NCBI GenBank assembly: GCA_965209085.1
Contig: OZ242376.1
Location: 544,001 to 608,000, forward strand
Reading direction: 5' to 3'
Length of the DNA: 64,000 nucleotides
Source of the DNA: Nitrosopumilaceae archaeon
Lineage (GTDB): Archaea > Thermoproteota > Nitrososphaeria > Nitrososphaerales > Nitrosopumilaceae
Of this stretch, positions 56,901 to 64,000 are shown piece by piece (position 1 is the stretch's first letter; each line of letters begins with the position of its first letter). The position numbers and the translations under genes are program-made. Below the pieces are notes generated by a model, which was not told the DNA's origin, made no database searches, and was given only the letters and a program-made list of their open reading frames with translations.

Positions 56901-59900
56901 TAAAACCCGTAATTGCCCTGACTGGAGGCAATGATTCTGTACTCCAGGGTGAGACATATCAGGATCCGGGCACAACTGTATCAGATATTAACAATGCATC
57001 ATATGCAGGTCCCGTATCTGCCACATCAATAAACACCACGATACTTGGCCCACAAAACATTACCTATACTGGCACAGCAGATGCGGCAGGTAACGAGCCG
57101 AATCAAATAACTAGAATAGTTACAGTATTTGCAAAACCTCTGGGTATAAATTCGCTGACAATTGAATCAAACAACAATGTAAACACCTCTTTTACCAAAG
57201 ACGGGGATGTGATTACAGTAACGCTTGTTGCAAACGGCACGATTGGTAATGCTACAGGAGTAATTGCAGGAGTAATTGCAAGCAATTCTGTTACATATGC
57301 TGTCACCAATAATACTGTATTGGCCACGGTAACAGTTGATGGAACCTTTGCCGATACTGCCAGCGTCACATTTTCGATTACCGCATTCAACGAGGATAAT
57401 TCCACATTTAGAACATTTACAAATGCAAATCTGACTGGATCAAATATTGCCATAGATACAACTGCACCTAGCATAACATTAAACGGTGCAAACAACACCT
57501 TCGTTGTAACAAATTCCTCCTATACGGATCTAGGTGCCACGGCAACTGATATATCATATGCAACAGGTAGCGTACAAGTATCCGGAGTCGGCACTGTAAA
57601 TATTGCAACATCTGGCAACTATATTCTCACTTATACTGCACCTGATGATCCTGCAGGAAATCCAGGTAACACCATATCCCGTACTGTGATTGTTTCGGAT
57701 GCGGCGCCGTTGGTGCTTGTAACTAAATTTATCCACTCTCCGAGTGGAACACTAACCCGTGGTACTGATTTTCCAACCAATATACCTCCTACTACCATCA
57801 ATCTGTTTGAAACAAGTGGTAAAACATATGCCTTGTTAGCGGAAGGATCTGGCGGAGCATGGATTATTGCAGACGTTACAAATCCTGCATCACCTAGTGT
57901 AGTATTTAATAATGCCAGTTTCACACCTACATACAAAACATCCATCTTTACAATAGATAATACCCAATATGCCATAGCTGCAGGCGGTATCGGCATTACT
58001 AGTATACTCGACATCAGCTCACCTGCATCCCCATCTGTTATTACAACACTTGTAAACGGCACAGACTATCCGCGACTATACAATGCACAAAGCGTTACAA
58101 CCGTAACAATAGGTGCCTCAACTTTTGCACTGTTTGCATCTGGCAATCCTACAAACGGCGTCCAAATCATAGACGTTACAAACCCCCACAGCCCATCACA
58201 TGTATCCTACCTTACCGATGATACGGATGGTTATTTGGAACTAGGAGGCGCATTTGACATTACCACTGTAATAATCGGTGCATCAGTTTATGCCTTGGTG
58301 GCATCCAATAATGATGATGGCGTCCAAATCATAGACATTACAGACCCATACAACCCATCAAATACATCAAGTGTAACAGATGGAATGGATGGCTATGATA
58401 AACTAGATGGTGCATATGGCATCACCACCGTAACTGTAGGATCATCAGTTTATGCCTTGGTGGCATCCTTTAATGATGATAGCATCCAAATCATAAACAT
58501 TACAGACCCATACAACCCATCAAATGCATCAAGCGTAACAGATGGAATAGATGGCTATGATGAACTAGATGGTCCATATAGGATCACCACCGTAACTGTA
58601 GGATCATCAGTTTATGCTTTGACAGTATCCATTATTGATGATGGCGTCCAAATCATAGACATTACAGACCCATACAACCCCCAACCTGCATATTCTCCCA
58701 CGGATAATACTGGCGGTTATGTAAATCTGGATAACCCAAGAGATGTCATTACTACAACCATAAATGGCACAACATATGCATTTATAGCCTCAAATAATGA
58801 CGGTCTCCAAATCATAAAACTGGAATCTGCACCACTGACTATATCTAGTAGCAATACAAATCCAACATATGCCAAAACAGGTGATACACTCACCGTACAA
58901 TTTACCGTAAATGACACAATCTCATCTAATTCAAGCCAAATACTGGGATTAACCCCCACCGTATCCATAAGCGGTGCCGATTTTAGTGCAGCAATAACTG
59001 TACCCTCTGTACAAACAGAATCGTATGCAACCTTTGCAATACAGGTTTCAAACACTAATGGTGCAACCCTGTCTGTAACAGAGAGTGGCATATCGCAGAG
59101 TAGCAATATATTCATCGATACAATCGCACCTGAAATATCCCTCATCGGCAACTCATCTTTTACGGTAATTTTGAATTCAACTGATCCGTTCATCCCTGGT
59201 GCAATCATAACTGATGGGGACCCAAACTATCCGGATACCTTTACTATCACAATCAACGGCACTTTGGACACTGGCGTGATAAACTCTACAGTAACGTATA
59301 CGTATACTGCAGCTACTGATGGGGCAGGAAATGCCGGTTCTAGTGTAACACGAACAGTTACAGTGGTTGAGGCTGAACCAATTACAATCAACTCGCTGAC
59401 TATTGCAAGCTCATCAGGCACCAATTATGCAAATGCAGGCAAAACCATAACTGTCACACTTGCCACTGATGGTTCGGATCTTGGCAACTTTACTGGAACA
59501 CTGCTTGGTAGATCATTTACAAATACTACAAACGGCGGCTCTGCTGAATTTACTGCCACTGTCGTATCCGGCGATGATGGAGATGCCGCGTTTTCAATTA
59601 CCGTGACAAACTCTAGTGGCAACCAAATTTCAATAACAAATGCAAACATCACAGACAGCTCATCTGTCACAATAGATACGATAAAACCCGTAATTGTTTT
59701 GACTGGCGGTGTAGGTTCTGTATTCCAGGGTGAGACATATCAGGATCCGGGCACAACTGTATCAGATGGTAACAATACATCATATGCCGGTTCTGTATCT
59801 GCCTCATCAATTAACACCTCTACACTTGGTGTAAAAATCATTACCTATACTGGCACAGCAGATGCGGCAGGTAACGAGCCGGATCAAATAACTAGAATAG

Positions 59901-62900
59901 TTACAGTATTGGCAAAACCTCTGGGTATAAATTCGCTGACAATTGAATCAAACAACAATGTAAACACCTCTTTTGCCAAAGACGGGGATGTGATTACAGT
60001 AACGCTTGTTGCAAACGGCACGATTGATTATGCAATAGGAACAATTGCCAGCAATTCTGCTACATACACTGTCACCGGCAATAATGCATCAGTTATGGTA
60101 ACAGTTGATGGAACCTTTACCGATACTGCCAGCGTCACATTTTCGATTACCGTATACAACGAGGATAATTCCACATTTAGAGTATTTACAAATACAGACC
60201 TGACTGGATCAAATATTGCCATAGATACAACTGCACCTAGTATAACATTAAACGGTGCAAACAACACCATTGTTAACATGAATCAACCATATGAGGATCC
60301 AAACGCCACAGCATCTGATGCATCATATGCAACAGGTAGCGTACAGGTATCCGGAGCCGGCAATGTAGATACTACAACAAATGCCATCTATACTCTCACT
60401 TATACTGCACCTGATGATCCTGCAGGTAATATTGGACCGGTCATAACACGGACTGTTACAGTGCATGATGCACCGCCAATAAATGTTAACTCGCTGAGTA
60501 TTGCAAGCAATTCTGGAAATAATTATGCAAATGAGAGCAAAACTGTAACCGTCACTCTTGTAACGGATGGTACAAATCTTAACAGCCTTACTGGAGTCTT
60601 GCTTGGCAGATCATTTACAAATACTACAACCGGGGGCTCTGCTACGTTTACCGGTACAGTCCAGTCCGGCGATGACGGAAATGCCACGTTTTCAATTACT
60701 GCTACAAACTCTAGTGGCAGCCAAATTTCAATAACAAATGCTGACATCACAGATGGCTCATATGTCACAATAGATACGATAAAACCCGTAATTAACCTGA
60801 CTGGAGGCAATGATTTTGTACTCCAGGGTGAGACATATCAGGATCCGGGCACAACTGTATCAGATGATGGCAATGCATCATATGCCGGTCCAGTATCTGC
60901 CTCATCAATTGACACCTCTACACTTGGCGCAAAAACCATTACCTATACTGGCACAGCGGATGCGGCAGGTAACGAGCCGAATCAAATAACTAGAATAGTT
61001 ACAGTATTGGCAAAACCTTTGGGTATAAATTCGCTGACAATTGAATCAAATAACAATGTAAACACCTCTTTTGCCAAAGACGGGGATGTGATTACAGTAA
61101 CGCTTGCTGTAAACGGCACGATTGGTAATGTTACAGGAGTAATTGCAGGCAATTCTGCTACATACAATGTCACTGGCAATAATGCATCAGCTACGGTAAC
61201 AGTTGATGGAGCCTTTACTGATACTGTCAGCGTCACATTTTCGATTACCGCATACAACGAGGATAATTCCACATTTAGAACATTTACAAATACAGACCTG
61301 ACTGGATCAAATATTGCCATAGATACAACTGCACCTAGTATAACATTAAACGGTGCAAACAATACTCTAGTTTTCACAAATTCCACATATGTGGATAAAA
61401 ACGCCACAGCATCTGATGCATCATATGCAACAGGTAGCGTACAGGTATCCGGAGCCGGCACTGTAAATACTGCAACAGCTGGCAATTATACCCTCACTTA
61501 TACTGCACCTGTTGATCCTGCAGGTAATATTGGACCTGTCATAACACGGACTGTTACAGTACAGAATGCACCGCCAATAAATGTTAACTCGCTGAGTATT
61601 GCAAGCAATTCTGGAAATAATTATGCAAATGCGGGCAAAACTGTAACCGTCACTCTTGTAACGGATGGTACAAATCTTAACAGCCTTACTGGAGTCTTGC
61701 TTGGCAGATCATTTACAAATACTACAACCGGGGGCTCTGCTACGTTTACCGGTACAGTCCAGTCCGGCGATGATGGAAATGCCACGTTTTCAATTACTGC
61801 TACAAACTCTAGTGGCAACAAAATCACATTAACAAATAGTGATATCACAGATAGCTCATCTATCATAATAGATACGATAAAACCCGTAATTAACCTGACT
61901 GGAGGCAATGATTCTGTACTCCAGGGTGAGACATATCAGGATCCGGGCACAACTGTATCAGATGATGGCAATGCATCATATGCCGGTCCAGTATCTGCCT
62001 CATCAATTGACACCTCTACACTTGGCACAAAAACCATTACCTATACTGGCACAGCAGATGCGGCAGGTAACGAGCCGAATCAAATAACTAGAATAGTTAC
62101 AGTATTTGCAAAACCTCTGGGTATAAATTCGCTGACAATTGAATCAAACAACAATGTAAACACCTCTTTTGCCAAAGACGGGGATGTGATTACAGTAACG
62201 CTTGTTGCAAACGGCACGATTGGTAATGTTACAGGGGTAATTGTAGGCAATTCTGCTACATACACTGTCACCGGCAATAATGCATCAGCTACGGTAACAG
62301 TTGATGGAACCTTTGCCGATACTGCCAGCGTCACATTTTCGATTAACGCATCCAACGCGGATAATCTTGCATATAAAATATTTACAGATACAAATCTGAC
62401 TGGATCAAATATTGCCATAGATACAACTGCACCTAGTATAACATTAAACGGTGCAAACAACACCATTGTTTTCACAAATTCCACATATGTGGATAAAAAC
62501 GCCACAGCATCTGATACATCATATGCAACAGGTAGCGTACAGGTATCCGGAGTCGGCAATGTAAATATTGCAACATCTGGCAACTATATTCTCACTTATA
62601 CTGCACCTGATGATCCTGCAGGAAATCCAGGTAACACCATATCCCGTACTGTGATTGTTTCGGATGTGGCGCCGTTGATGCTTGAAACTAAATTTATCCA
62701 CTCTCCGAGTGGAACACTAACAAGAGATACTGATTTTGCATTCAATATAATTACTAGAAGCATCAATCTGTTTGAAACAAGTGATAAAACATATGCTTTG
62801 TTAACGCGAGGATCTACCGGAGCATGGATTATTGCAGACGTTACAAATCCTGCATTACCTAGTATAGTATTTAGTAATATCTCTTTCGCATCTGCATACA

Positions 62901-64000
62901 AAACATCCATCATTACAATAGATAATACCACATATGCCATAGCTGCAGGTGGTAAAGATTCTACTCGTATAATCGACATCAGCTCACCTGCATCCCCCTC
63001 TGTTATTGCAACACTTGTAAACGGCACAGACTATCCGCGACTATACAATGCACAAAGCGTTACAACCGTAACAATAGGTGCCTCAACTTTTGCACTGTTT
63101 GCATCGGACCATCCTTCAAACGGCGTCCAAATCATAAACGTTACAAACCCTCACAACCCCTTACCTGTATCACACATCACCGATAATGTGGATGGTTATT
63201 CGAAACTAGCAGGCGCACATGACATCACCACTGTAACAATCGGTACATCAGTTTATGCCTTGGCGGTAGGCTTTTCGGATTCTAGCGTCCAAATCATAAA
63301 CATTACAGACCCATACAACCCATCAAATGCATCAAGCGTAACAGACGGAAATGAAGGCTATGATACACTATATGGTCCAATTAGCATCACCACCGTAACT
63401 GTAGGATCATCCGTTTATGCCTTGGTGGCATCCCTTTATGATGATGGCGTCCAAATCATAAACATTACAGACCCATACAACCCATCAAATGCATCAAGCG
63501 TAACAGACGGAAATGAAGGCTATGATACACTAGATGCTCCATATAGCATCACCACCGTAACTGTAGGATCATCCGTTTATGCCTTGGTGGCATCCCTTTA
63601 TGATGATGGCGTCCAAATCATAAACATTACAGACCCATACAACCCCAAACCTGCATCTTCCATCGTGGATAATACTGGCGGTTATACAAATCTAGAAAAC
63701 CCAAGAGCTGTTATTACTGCAACCATAAATGGCACAACATATGCATTTATAGCCTCAAATGCTGAGGGTCTCCAAATCATAAAACTGGAATCACCACCAC
63801 CGGTTAACATAACTAGCAACAATACAAATCCAGCATATGCAAAAACAGGCGATACACTCACCGTACAATTTACCATAAATGACACAATCTCATCTCATAC
63901 AAGCCAAATACTGGGATTAACCCCTAATGTAGCCCTAGATGGTGCCAATTATAGTGCCACATTAACCGTACCCTCTGTACAAACAGAATCGTATGCAACC
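41963..64000 (+). CDS. Giant secreted/surface protein (>7,346 aa, continues past the window) built from Ig-like (DUF5011-like) and LVIVD-type repeats
   Basis: ATG at 41963 with signal-like MYVNLVLVFVLLSP; still in frame at 64000 (..TVPSVQTESYAT). The ORF track shows no stop-terminated + strand ORF here. Repeats include IDTIKPVIAL.G..YQDPG..DAAGN..TRTVTV and VQIINITDPYNP. Confidence 0.92.
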   Translation, partial: MYVNLVLVFVLLSPLPFASPFALNDSIQYDDIFTYNVPLAYAADPLTATSVAYLFINTNNTFGDNGDIAPDKFAKAGDELSVLIQVNETITDTTATILNTVSTTFGNTGTGNVYNPKLIVSNNPIESHATFTIIITGSNGTVWTITEANLSKVGAMPGDASYSATNVFVDTIPPTITLIGSADYVIVHNDDTDSVPDATANDGSPNYMASNYTLVKNATVDVTALGSVYNYTYTADDDGAGNPGASTTRIVRIVGADPISVNSLSIASNSGNNYANAGKTVTVTLVTDGTNLNSLTGVLLGRSFTNITTGGSVTFTGTVQSGDDGDATFSITATNSSGNKITLTNSDITDSSSIIIDTIKPVIALTGGSSSVFQGETYQDPGTTVSDDGNTSYAGSVSASSIDTSTLGAKTITYTGTADAAGNEPDQQTRTVTVLEKPLGLNSLGLNSLGLNSLGLNSLTIESNNNVNTSFAKDGDVITVTLVANGTIGNVTGIIAGNSVTYAVTNNTVLATVTVDGTFADTASVSFSITVYNEDNSTFRTFTNTDLTGSNIAIDTTPPSITLNGANTIAIMNQPYEDPNATASDASYATGSVQVSGAGNVDITTNAIYTLTYTAPDDPAGNIGSVITRTVTVQDAAPINVNSLSIASNSGNNYANAGKTVTVTLVTDDSDLGNITGILLGRALVNDTNGGSAEFTATVVSGDDGDAAFSITVTKSSGNQISITNADITDGSFVTIDTIKPVIALTRGSSSVFQGETYQDPGTTVSDSNNASYAGSVSASSIDTSTLGAKTITYTGTADAAGNEPDQQTRTVTVLEKPLGLNSLGLNSLTIESNNNVNTSFAKDVDVITVTLVANGTIGNVTGIIAGNSVTYAVTNNTVLATVTVDGTFADTASVSFSITVYNEDNSTFRTFTNTDLTGSNIAIDTTPPSITLNGANTIAIMNQPYEDPNATASDASYATGSVQVSGAGNVDITTNAIYTLTYTAPDDPAGNIGPVITRTVTVQDTPPINVNSLSIASNSGNNYANAGKTVTVTLVTDDSDLGNITGILLGRALVNDTNGGSAEFTATVVSGDDGDAAFSITVTKSSGNQISITNADITDGSFVTIDTIKPVIALTRGFSSVFQGETYQDPGTTVSDDGNASYAGPVSASSIDTSTLGAKTITYTGTADAAGNEPDQQTRTVTVLAKSLSRTVNVLDVPPLDLEFQFISPSGKLTRGVDFSGDYTFNSIDPFKINDKTYALVTNGFNTNNDFFILDITNPALPSVISEQNIAGFITQDSAILTVDGLPYGIMSTFTSRVNIYNLSNPASPSVLNSIDDGSLYPTVNSPSGVTTIKIGSTPYILISSQDNDKGVQIVNATFPDSLKHVSNIVDGTTYPVLDGAQGITTVTIGSSQYALVAASVDNGVQIINITDPYNPSPASSVTDGTLYPELDGAWDVTTIAIDGSTYALVAAKTDNGVQIINITDPYNPSPVYSVTDGIGGYDTLNAPLSIVAKQIGLSTYAFVASNGDNGIQVIDITDPQNPLPAYNIADDPSGYTNLNGTSDIALARINDLTYVLVTSFYDGLQIISVRSSAVISTTSNPDQSYAKAGDTLTVQFTVNDTISSNSSQILGLTPTVSISGADFSAAITVPSVQTESYATFAIQVVNADGATLSVTESAIPQNSRIFIDTIAPEISLIGNSSFTVILNSIDPFIPGAIITDGDPNYPDTFTITINGTLDTGVINSTVTYTYTAATDGAGNAGSSVTRTVTVVEAEPITINSLTIASSSGTNYANAGKTITVTLATDGSDLGNFTGTLLGRSFTNTTNGGSATFTSTVQSGDDGNAAFSITVTNSSGNQISITNANITDSSSVTIDTIKPVIVLTGGVGSVFQGETYQDPGTTVSDGNNTYAGSVSASSINTSTLGVKIITYTGTADAAGNEPDQITRIVTVFAKPLGINSLAIESNNNVNTSFAKDGDVITVTLVANGTIDYAIGTIASNSATYTVTGNNASATVTVDGTFTDTASVTFSITVYNEDNSTFRTFTNTDLTGSNIAIDTTAPSITLNGVNNTIVNMNQPYEDPNATASDASYATGSVQVSGAGNVDTTTNAIYTLTYTAPDDPAGNIGPVITRTVTVQDAPPINVNSLSIASNSGNNYANAGKTVTVTLVTDGTNLNSLTGVLLGRSFTNTTTGGSATFTGTVQSGDDGNATFSITATNSSGNKITLTNSDITDSSSIIIDTIKPVINLTGGNDFVLQGETYQDPGTTVSDDGNASYAGPVSASSIDTSTLGAKTITYTGTADAAGNEPNQITRIVTVLAKPLGINSLTIESNNNVNTSFAKDGDVITVTLAVNGTIGNVTGVIAGNSATYTVTGNNASATVTVDGAFTDTASVTFSITVYNEDNSTFRTFTNTDLTGSNIAIDTTAPSITLNGANNTIVIMNQPYEDPNATASDTSYATGSVQVSGAGNVNTAIVGNYTLTYTAPDDYAGNTGPVITRTVTVQDAPPINVNSLSIASNSGNNYANAGKTVTVTLVTDGTNLNSLTGVLLDRSFTNTTTGGSATFAGTVQSGDDGNATFSITVTNSSGSQISITNANITDGSYVTIDTIKPVIALTGGNDSVLQGETYQDPGTTVSDINNASYAGPVSATSINTSTLGAKTITYTGTADAAGNEPNQITRTVTVLAKPLGLNSLTIESNNNVNTSFAKDGDVITVTLVANGTIGNATGVIAGNSATYTVTGNNASDTVTVDGTFADTASVTFSITAFNEDNSTFRTFTNTNLTGSNIAIDTTAPSITLNGANNTIVIMNQPYEDPNATASDTSYATGSVQVSGAGNVNTALVGNYTLTYTAPDDYAGNTGPVITRTVTVQDAPPINVNSLSIASNSGNNYANAGKTVTVTLVTDGTNLNSLTGVLLDRSFTNTTTGGSATFAGTVQSGDDGNATFSITVTNSSGSQISITNANITDGSYVTIDTIKPVIALTGGNDSVLQGETYQDPGTTVSDINNASYAGPVSATSINTTILGPQNITYTGTADAAGNEPNQITRIVTVFAKPLGINSLTIESNNNVNTSFTKDGDVITVTLVANGTIGNATGVIAGVIASNSVTYAVTNNTVLATVTVDGTFADTASVTFSITVYNEDNSTFRTFTNANLTGSNIAIDTTAPSITLNGANNTFVVTNSSYTDLGATATDISYATGSVQVSGVGTVNIATSGNYILTYTAPDDPAGNPGNTISRTVIVSDAAPLVLVTKFIHSPSGTLTRGTDFPTNIPPTTINLFETSGKTYALLAEGSGGAWIIADVTNPASPSVVFNNASFTPTYKTSIFTIDNTQYAIAAGGIGITSILDISSPASPSVITTLVNGTDYPRLYNAQSVTTVTIGASTFALFASGNPTNGVQIIDVTNPHSPSHVSYLTDDTDGYLELGGAFDITTVIIGASVYALVASNNDDGVQIIDITDPYNPSNTSSVTDGMDGYDKLDGAYGITTVTVGSSVYALVASFNDDSIQIINITDPYNPSNASSVTDGIDGYDELDGPYRITTVTVGSSVYALTVSIIDDGVQIIDITDPYNPQPAYSPTDNTGGYVNLDNPRDVITTTINGTTYAFIASNNDGLQIIKLESAPLTISSSNTNPTYAKTGDTLTVQFTVNDTISSNSSQILGLTPTVSISGADFSAAITVPSVQTESYATFAIQVSNTNGATLSVTESGISQSSNIFIDTIAPEISLIGNSSFTVILNSTDPFIPGAIITDGDPNYPDTFTITINGTLDTGVINSTVTYTYTAATDGAGNAGSSVTRTVTVVEAEPITINSLTIASSSGTNYANAGKTITVTLATDGSDLGNFTGTLLGRSFTNTTNGGSAEFTATVVSGDDGDAAFSITVTNSSGNQISITNANITDSSSVTIDTIKPVIVLTGGVGSVFQGETYQDPGTTVSDGNNTSYAGSVSASSINTSTLGVKIITYTGTADAAGNEPDQITRIVTVLAKPLGINSLTIESNNNVNTSFAKDGDVITVTLVANGTISNVTGVIAGNSATYTVTGNNASVMVTVDGTFADTASVTFSITVYNEDNSTFRVFTNTDLTGSNIAIDTTAPSITLNGANNTIVNMNQPYEDPNATASDASYATGSVQVSGAGNVDTTTNAIYTLTYTAPDDPAGNIGPVITRTVTVHDAPPINVNSLSIASNSGNNYANESKTVTVTLVTDGTNLNSLTGVLLGRSFTNTTTGGSAMFTGTVQSGDDGNATFSITATNSSGSQISITNADITDGSYVTIDTIKPVINLTGGNDFVLQGETYQDPGTTVSDDGNASYAGPVSASSIDTSTLGAKTITYTGTADAAGNEPNQITRIVTVLAKPLGINSLIIESNNSVNTSFAKDGDVITVTLAVNGTIGNVTGVIAGNSATYNVTGNNASATVTVDGAFTDTVSVTFSITAYNEDNSTFRTFTNTDLTGSNIAIDTTAPSITLNGANNTLVFTNSTYVDKNATASDASYATGSVQVSGAGTVNTATAGNYTLTYTAPVDPAGNIGPVITRTVTVQNAPPINVNSLSIASNSGNNYANAGKTVTVTLVTDGTNLNSLTGVLLGRSFTNTTTGGSATFTGTVQSGDDGNATFSITATNSSGNKITLTNSDITDSSSIIIDTIKPVINLTGGNDSVLQGETYQDPGTTVSDDGNASYAGPVSASSIDTSTLGTKTITYTGTADAAGNEPNQITRIVTVFAKPLGINSLTIESNNNVNTSFAKDGDVITVTLVANGTIGNATGVIAGNSATYTVTGNNASATVTVDGTFTDTASVTFSITVYNEDNSTFRTFTNTNLTGSNIAIDTTAPSITLNGANNTIVIMNQPYEDPNATASDTSYATGSVQVSGAGNVNTALVGNYTLTYTAPDDYAGNTGPVITRTVTVQDAPPINVNSLSIASNSGNNYANAGKTVTVTLVTDGTNLNSLTGVLLDRSFTNTTTGGSATFAGTVQSGDDGNATFSITVTNSSGSQISITNANITDGSYVTIDTIKPVIALTGGNDSVLQGETYQDPGTTVSDINNASYAGPVSATSINTTILGPQNITYTGTADAAGNEPNQITRIVTVFAKPLGINSLTIESNNNVNTSFTKDGDVITVTLVANGTIGNATGVIAGVIASNSVTYAVTNNTVLATVTVDGTFADTASVTFSITAFNEDNSTFRTFTNANLTGSNIAIDTTAPSITLNGANNTFVVTNSSYTDLGATATDISYATGSVQVSGVGTVNIATSGNYILTYTAPDDPAGNPGNTISRTVIVSDAAPLVLVTKFIHSPSGTLTRGTDFPTNIPPTTINLFETSGKTYALLAEGSGGAWIIADVTNPASPSVVFNNASFTPTYKTSIFTIDNTQYAIAAGGIGITSILDISSPASPSVITTLVNGTDYPRLYNAQSVTTVTIGASTFALFASGNPTNGVQIIDVTNPHSPSHVSYLTDDTDGYLELGGAFDITTVIIGASVYALVASNNDDGVQIIDITDPYNPSNTSSVTDGMDGYDKLDGAYGITTVTVGSSVYALVASFNDDSIQIINITDPYNPSNASSVTDGIDGYDELDGPYRITTVTVGSSVYALTVSIIDDGVQIIDITDPYNPQPAYSPTDNTGGYVNLDNPRDVITTTINGTTYAFIASNNDGLQIIKLESAPLTISSSNTNPTYAKTGDTLTVQFTVNDTISSNSSQILGLTPTVSISGADFSAAITVPSVQTESYATFAIQVSNTNGATLSVTESGISQSSNIFIDTIAPEISLIGNSSFTVILNSTDPFIPGAIITDGDPNYPDTFTITINGTLDTGVINSTVTYTYTAATDGAGNAGSSVTRTVTVVEAEPITINSLTIASSSGTNYANAGKTITVTLATDGSDLGNFTGTLLGRSFTNTTNGGSAEFTATVVSGDDGDAAFSITVTNSSGNQISITNANITDSSSVTIDTIKPVIVLTGGVGSVFQGETYQDPGTTVSDGNNTSYAGSVSASSINTSTLGVKIITYTGTADAAGNEPDQITRIVTVLAKPLGINSLTIESNNNVNTSFAKDGDVITVTLVANGTIDYAIGTIASNSATYTVTGNNASVMVTVDGTFTDTASVTFSITVYNEDNSTFRVFTNTDLTGSNIAIDTTAPSITLNGANNTIVNMNQPYEDPNATASDASYATGSVQVSGAGNVDTTTNAIYTLTYTAPDDPAGNIGPVITRTVTVHDAPPINVNSLSIASNSGNNYANESKTVTVTLVTDGTNLNSLTGVLLGRSFTNTTTGGSATFTGTVQSGDDGNATFSITATNSSGSQISITNADITDGSYVTIDTIKPVINLTGGNDFVLQGETYQDPGTTVSDDGNASYAGPVSASSIDTSTLGAKTITYTGTADAAGNEPNQITRIVTVLAKPLGINSLTIESNNNVNTSFAKDGDVITVTLAVNGTIGNVTGVIAGNSATYNVTGNNASATVTVDGAFTDTVSVTFSITAYNEDNSTFRTFTNTDLTGSNIAIDTTAPSITLNGANNTLVFTNSTYVDKNATASDASYATGSVQVSGAGTVNTATAGNYTLTYTAPVDPAGNIGPVITRTVTVQNAPPINVNSLSIASNSGNNYANAGKTVTVTLVTDGTNLNSLTGVLLGRSFTNTTTGGSATFTGTVQSGDDGNATFSITATNSSGNKITLTNSDITDSSSIIIDTIKPVINLTGGNDSVLQGETYQDPGTTVSDDGNASYAGPVSASSIDTSTLGTKTITYTGTADAAGNEPNQITRIVTVFAKPLGINSLTIESNNNVNTSFAKDGDVITVTLVANGTIGNVTGVIVGNSATYTVTGNNASATVTVDGTFADTASVTFSINASNADNLAYKIFTDTNLTGSNIAIDTTAPSITLNGANNTIVFTNSTYVDKNATASDTSYATGSVQVSGVGNVNIATSGNYILTYTAPDDPAGNPGNTISRTVIVSDVAPLMLETKFIHSPSGTLTRDTDFAFNIITRSINLFETSDKTYALLTRGSTGAWIIADVTNPALPSIVFSNISFASAYKTSIITIDNTTYAIAAGGKDSTRIIDISSPASPSVIATLVNGTDYPRLYNAQSVTTVTIGASTFALFASDHPSNGVQIINVTNPHNPLPVSHITDNVDGYSKLAGAHDITTVTIGTSVYALAVGFSDSSVQIINITDPYNPSNASSVTDGNEGYDTLYGPISITTVTVGSSVYALVASLYDDGVQIINITDPYNPSNASSVTDGNEGYDTLDAPYSITTVTVGSSVYALVASLYDDGVQIINITDPYNPKPASSIVDNTGGYTNLENPRAVITATINGTTYAFIASNAEGLQIIKLESPPPVNITSNNTNPAYAKTGDTLTVQFTINDTISSHTSQILGLTPNVALDGANYSATLTVPSVQTESYAT
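42740..64000 (+). repeat. Hierarchical coding tandem repeats: ~1098-bp unit within a ~6-kb super-unit
   Basis: Antisense shadow ORFs recur at a 1098-bp offset (48373/49471/50569) and a 6075-bp offset (51556/57631, 52642/58717). Confidence 0.95.
43277..43336 (+). repeat. 15-bp in-frame tandem repeat x4 (LGLNS)
   Basis: CTGGGTCTGAATTCG x3 plus CTGGGTCTAAATTCG; two copies at ~44417 and one in the other units. Confidence 0.95.

Noticed and set aside
42082-63885. Dozens of repeated minus-strand ORFs of 60-250 aa
   Set aside because: They are antisense shadows of the giant + strand repeat protein.
42740-64000. CRISPR array or DGR template/variable repeat
   Set aside because: The repeats are long and coding, with no unique spacers. 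No cas or reverse-transcriptase gene is present, and no adenine-specific mutation pattern is evident by eye.
1-64000. tRNA or rRNA genes
   Set aside because: No cloverleaf or rRNA signature was recognised by eye; tRNAscan-SE and barrnap were not run.

Overview
This is an archaeal window, most likely from a Nitrosopumilaceae/Cenarchaeum-like thaumarchaeote. It carries Rpo6, Alba, archaeal DnaG, CTP-dependent riboflavin kinase, RibL, citrate synthase and a malonate-semialdehyde-reductase-like Fe-ADH. Three short housekeeping blocks are separated by IS-rich AT-rich islands. These hold IS5/ISL2-type 'IS-A' (many copies plus a 78-bp MITE), IS903-like 'IS-B', IS3, IS110, a cargo-carrying IS6-type transposon, IS630 and IS66, along with defence and toxin-antitoxin genes (GmrSD, HEPN-like, Mrr, HipA-like kinase/DUF3037, PIN). 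The last 22 kb is one unbroken + strand ORF (>7,300 aa, Ig-like and LVIVD repeats) that the ORF track missed because it runs off the window. The main finding is an IS110/IS1111-type element whose 3' non-coding end reads as a two-loop bridge RNA. One loop matches the element's own end junction and the other matches the terminal inverted repeat of IS-A. All three IS110 junctions in the window sit in that TIR sequence, and IS-A has in turn inserted into the IS110 recombinase gene. All calls were made by eye, with no database searches.
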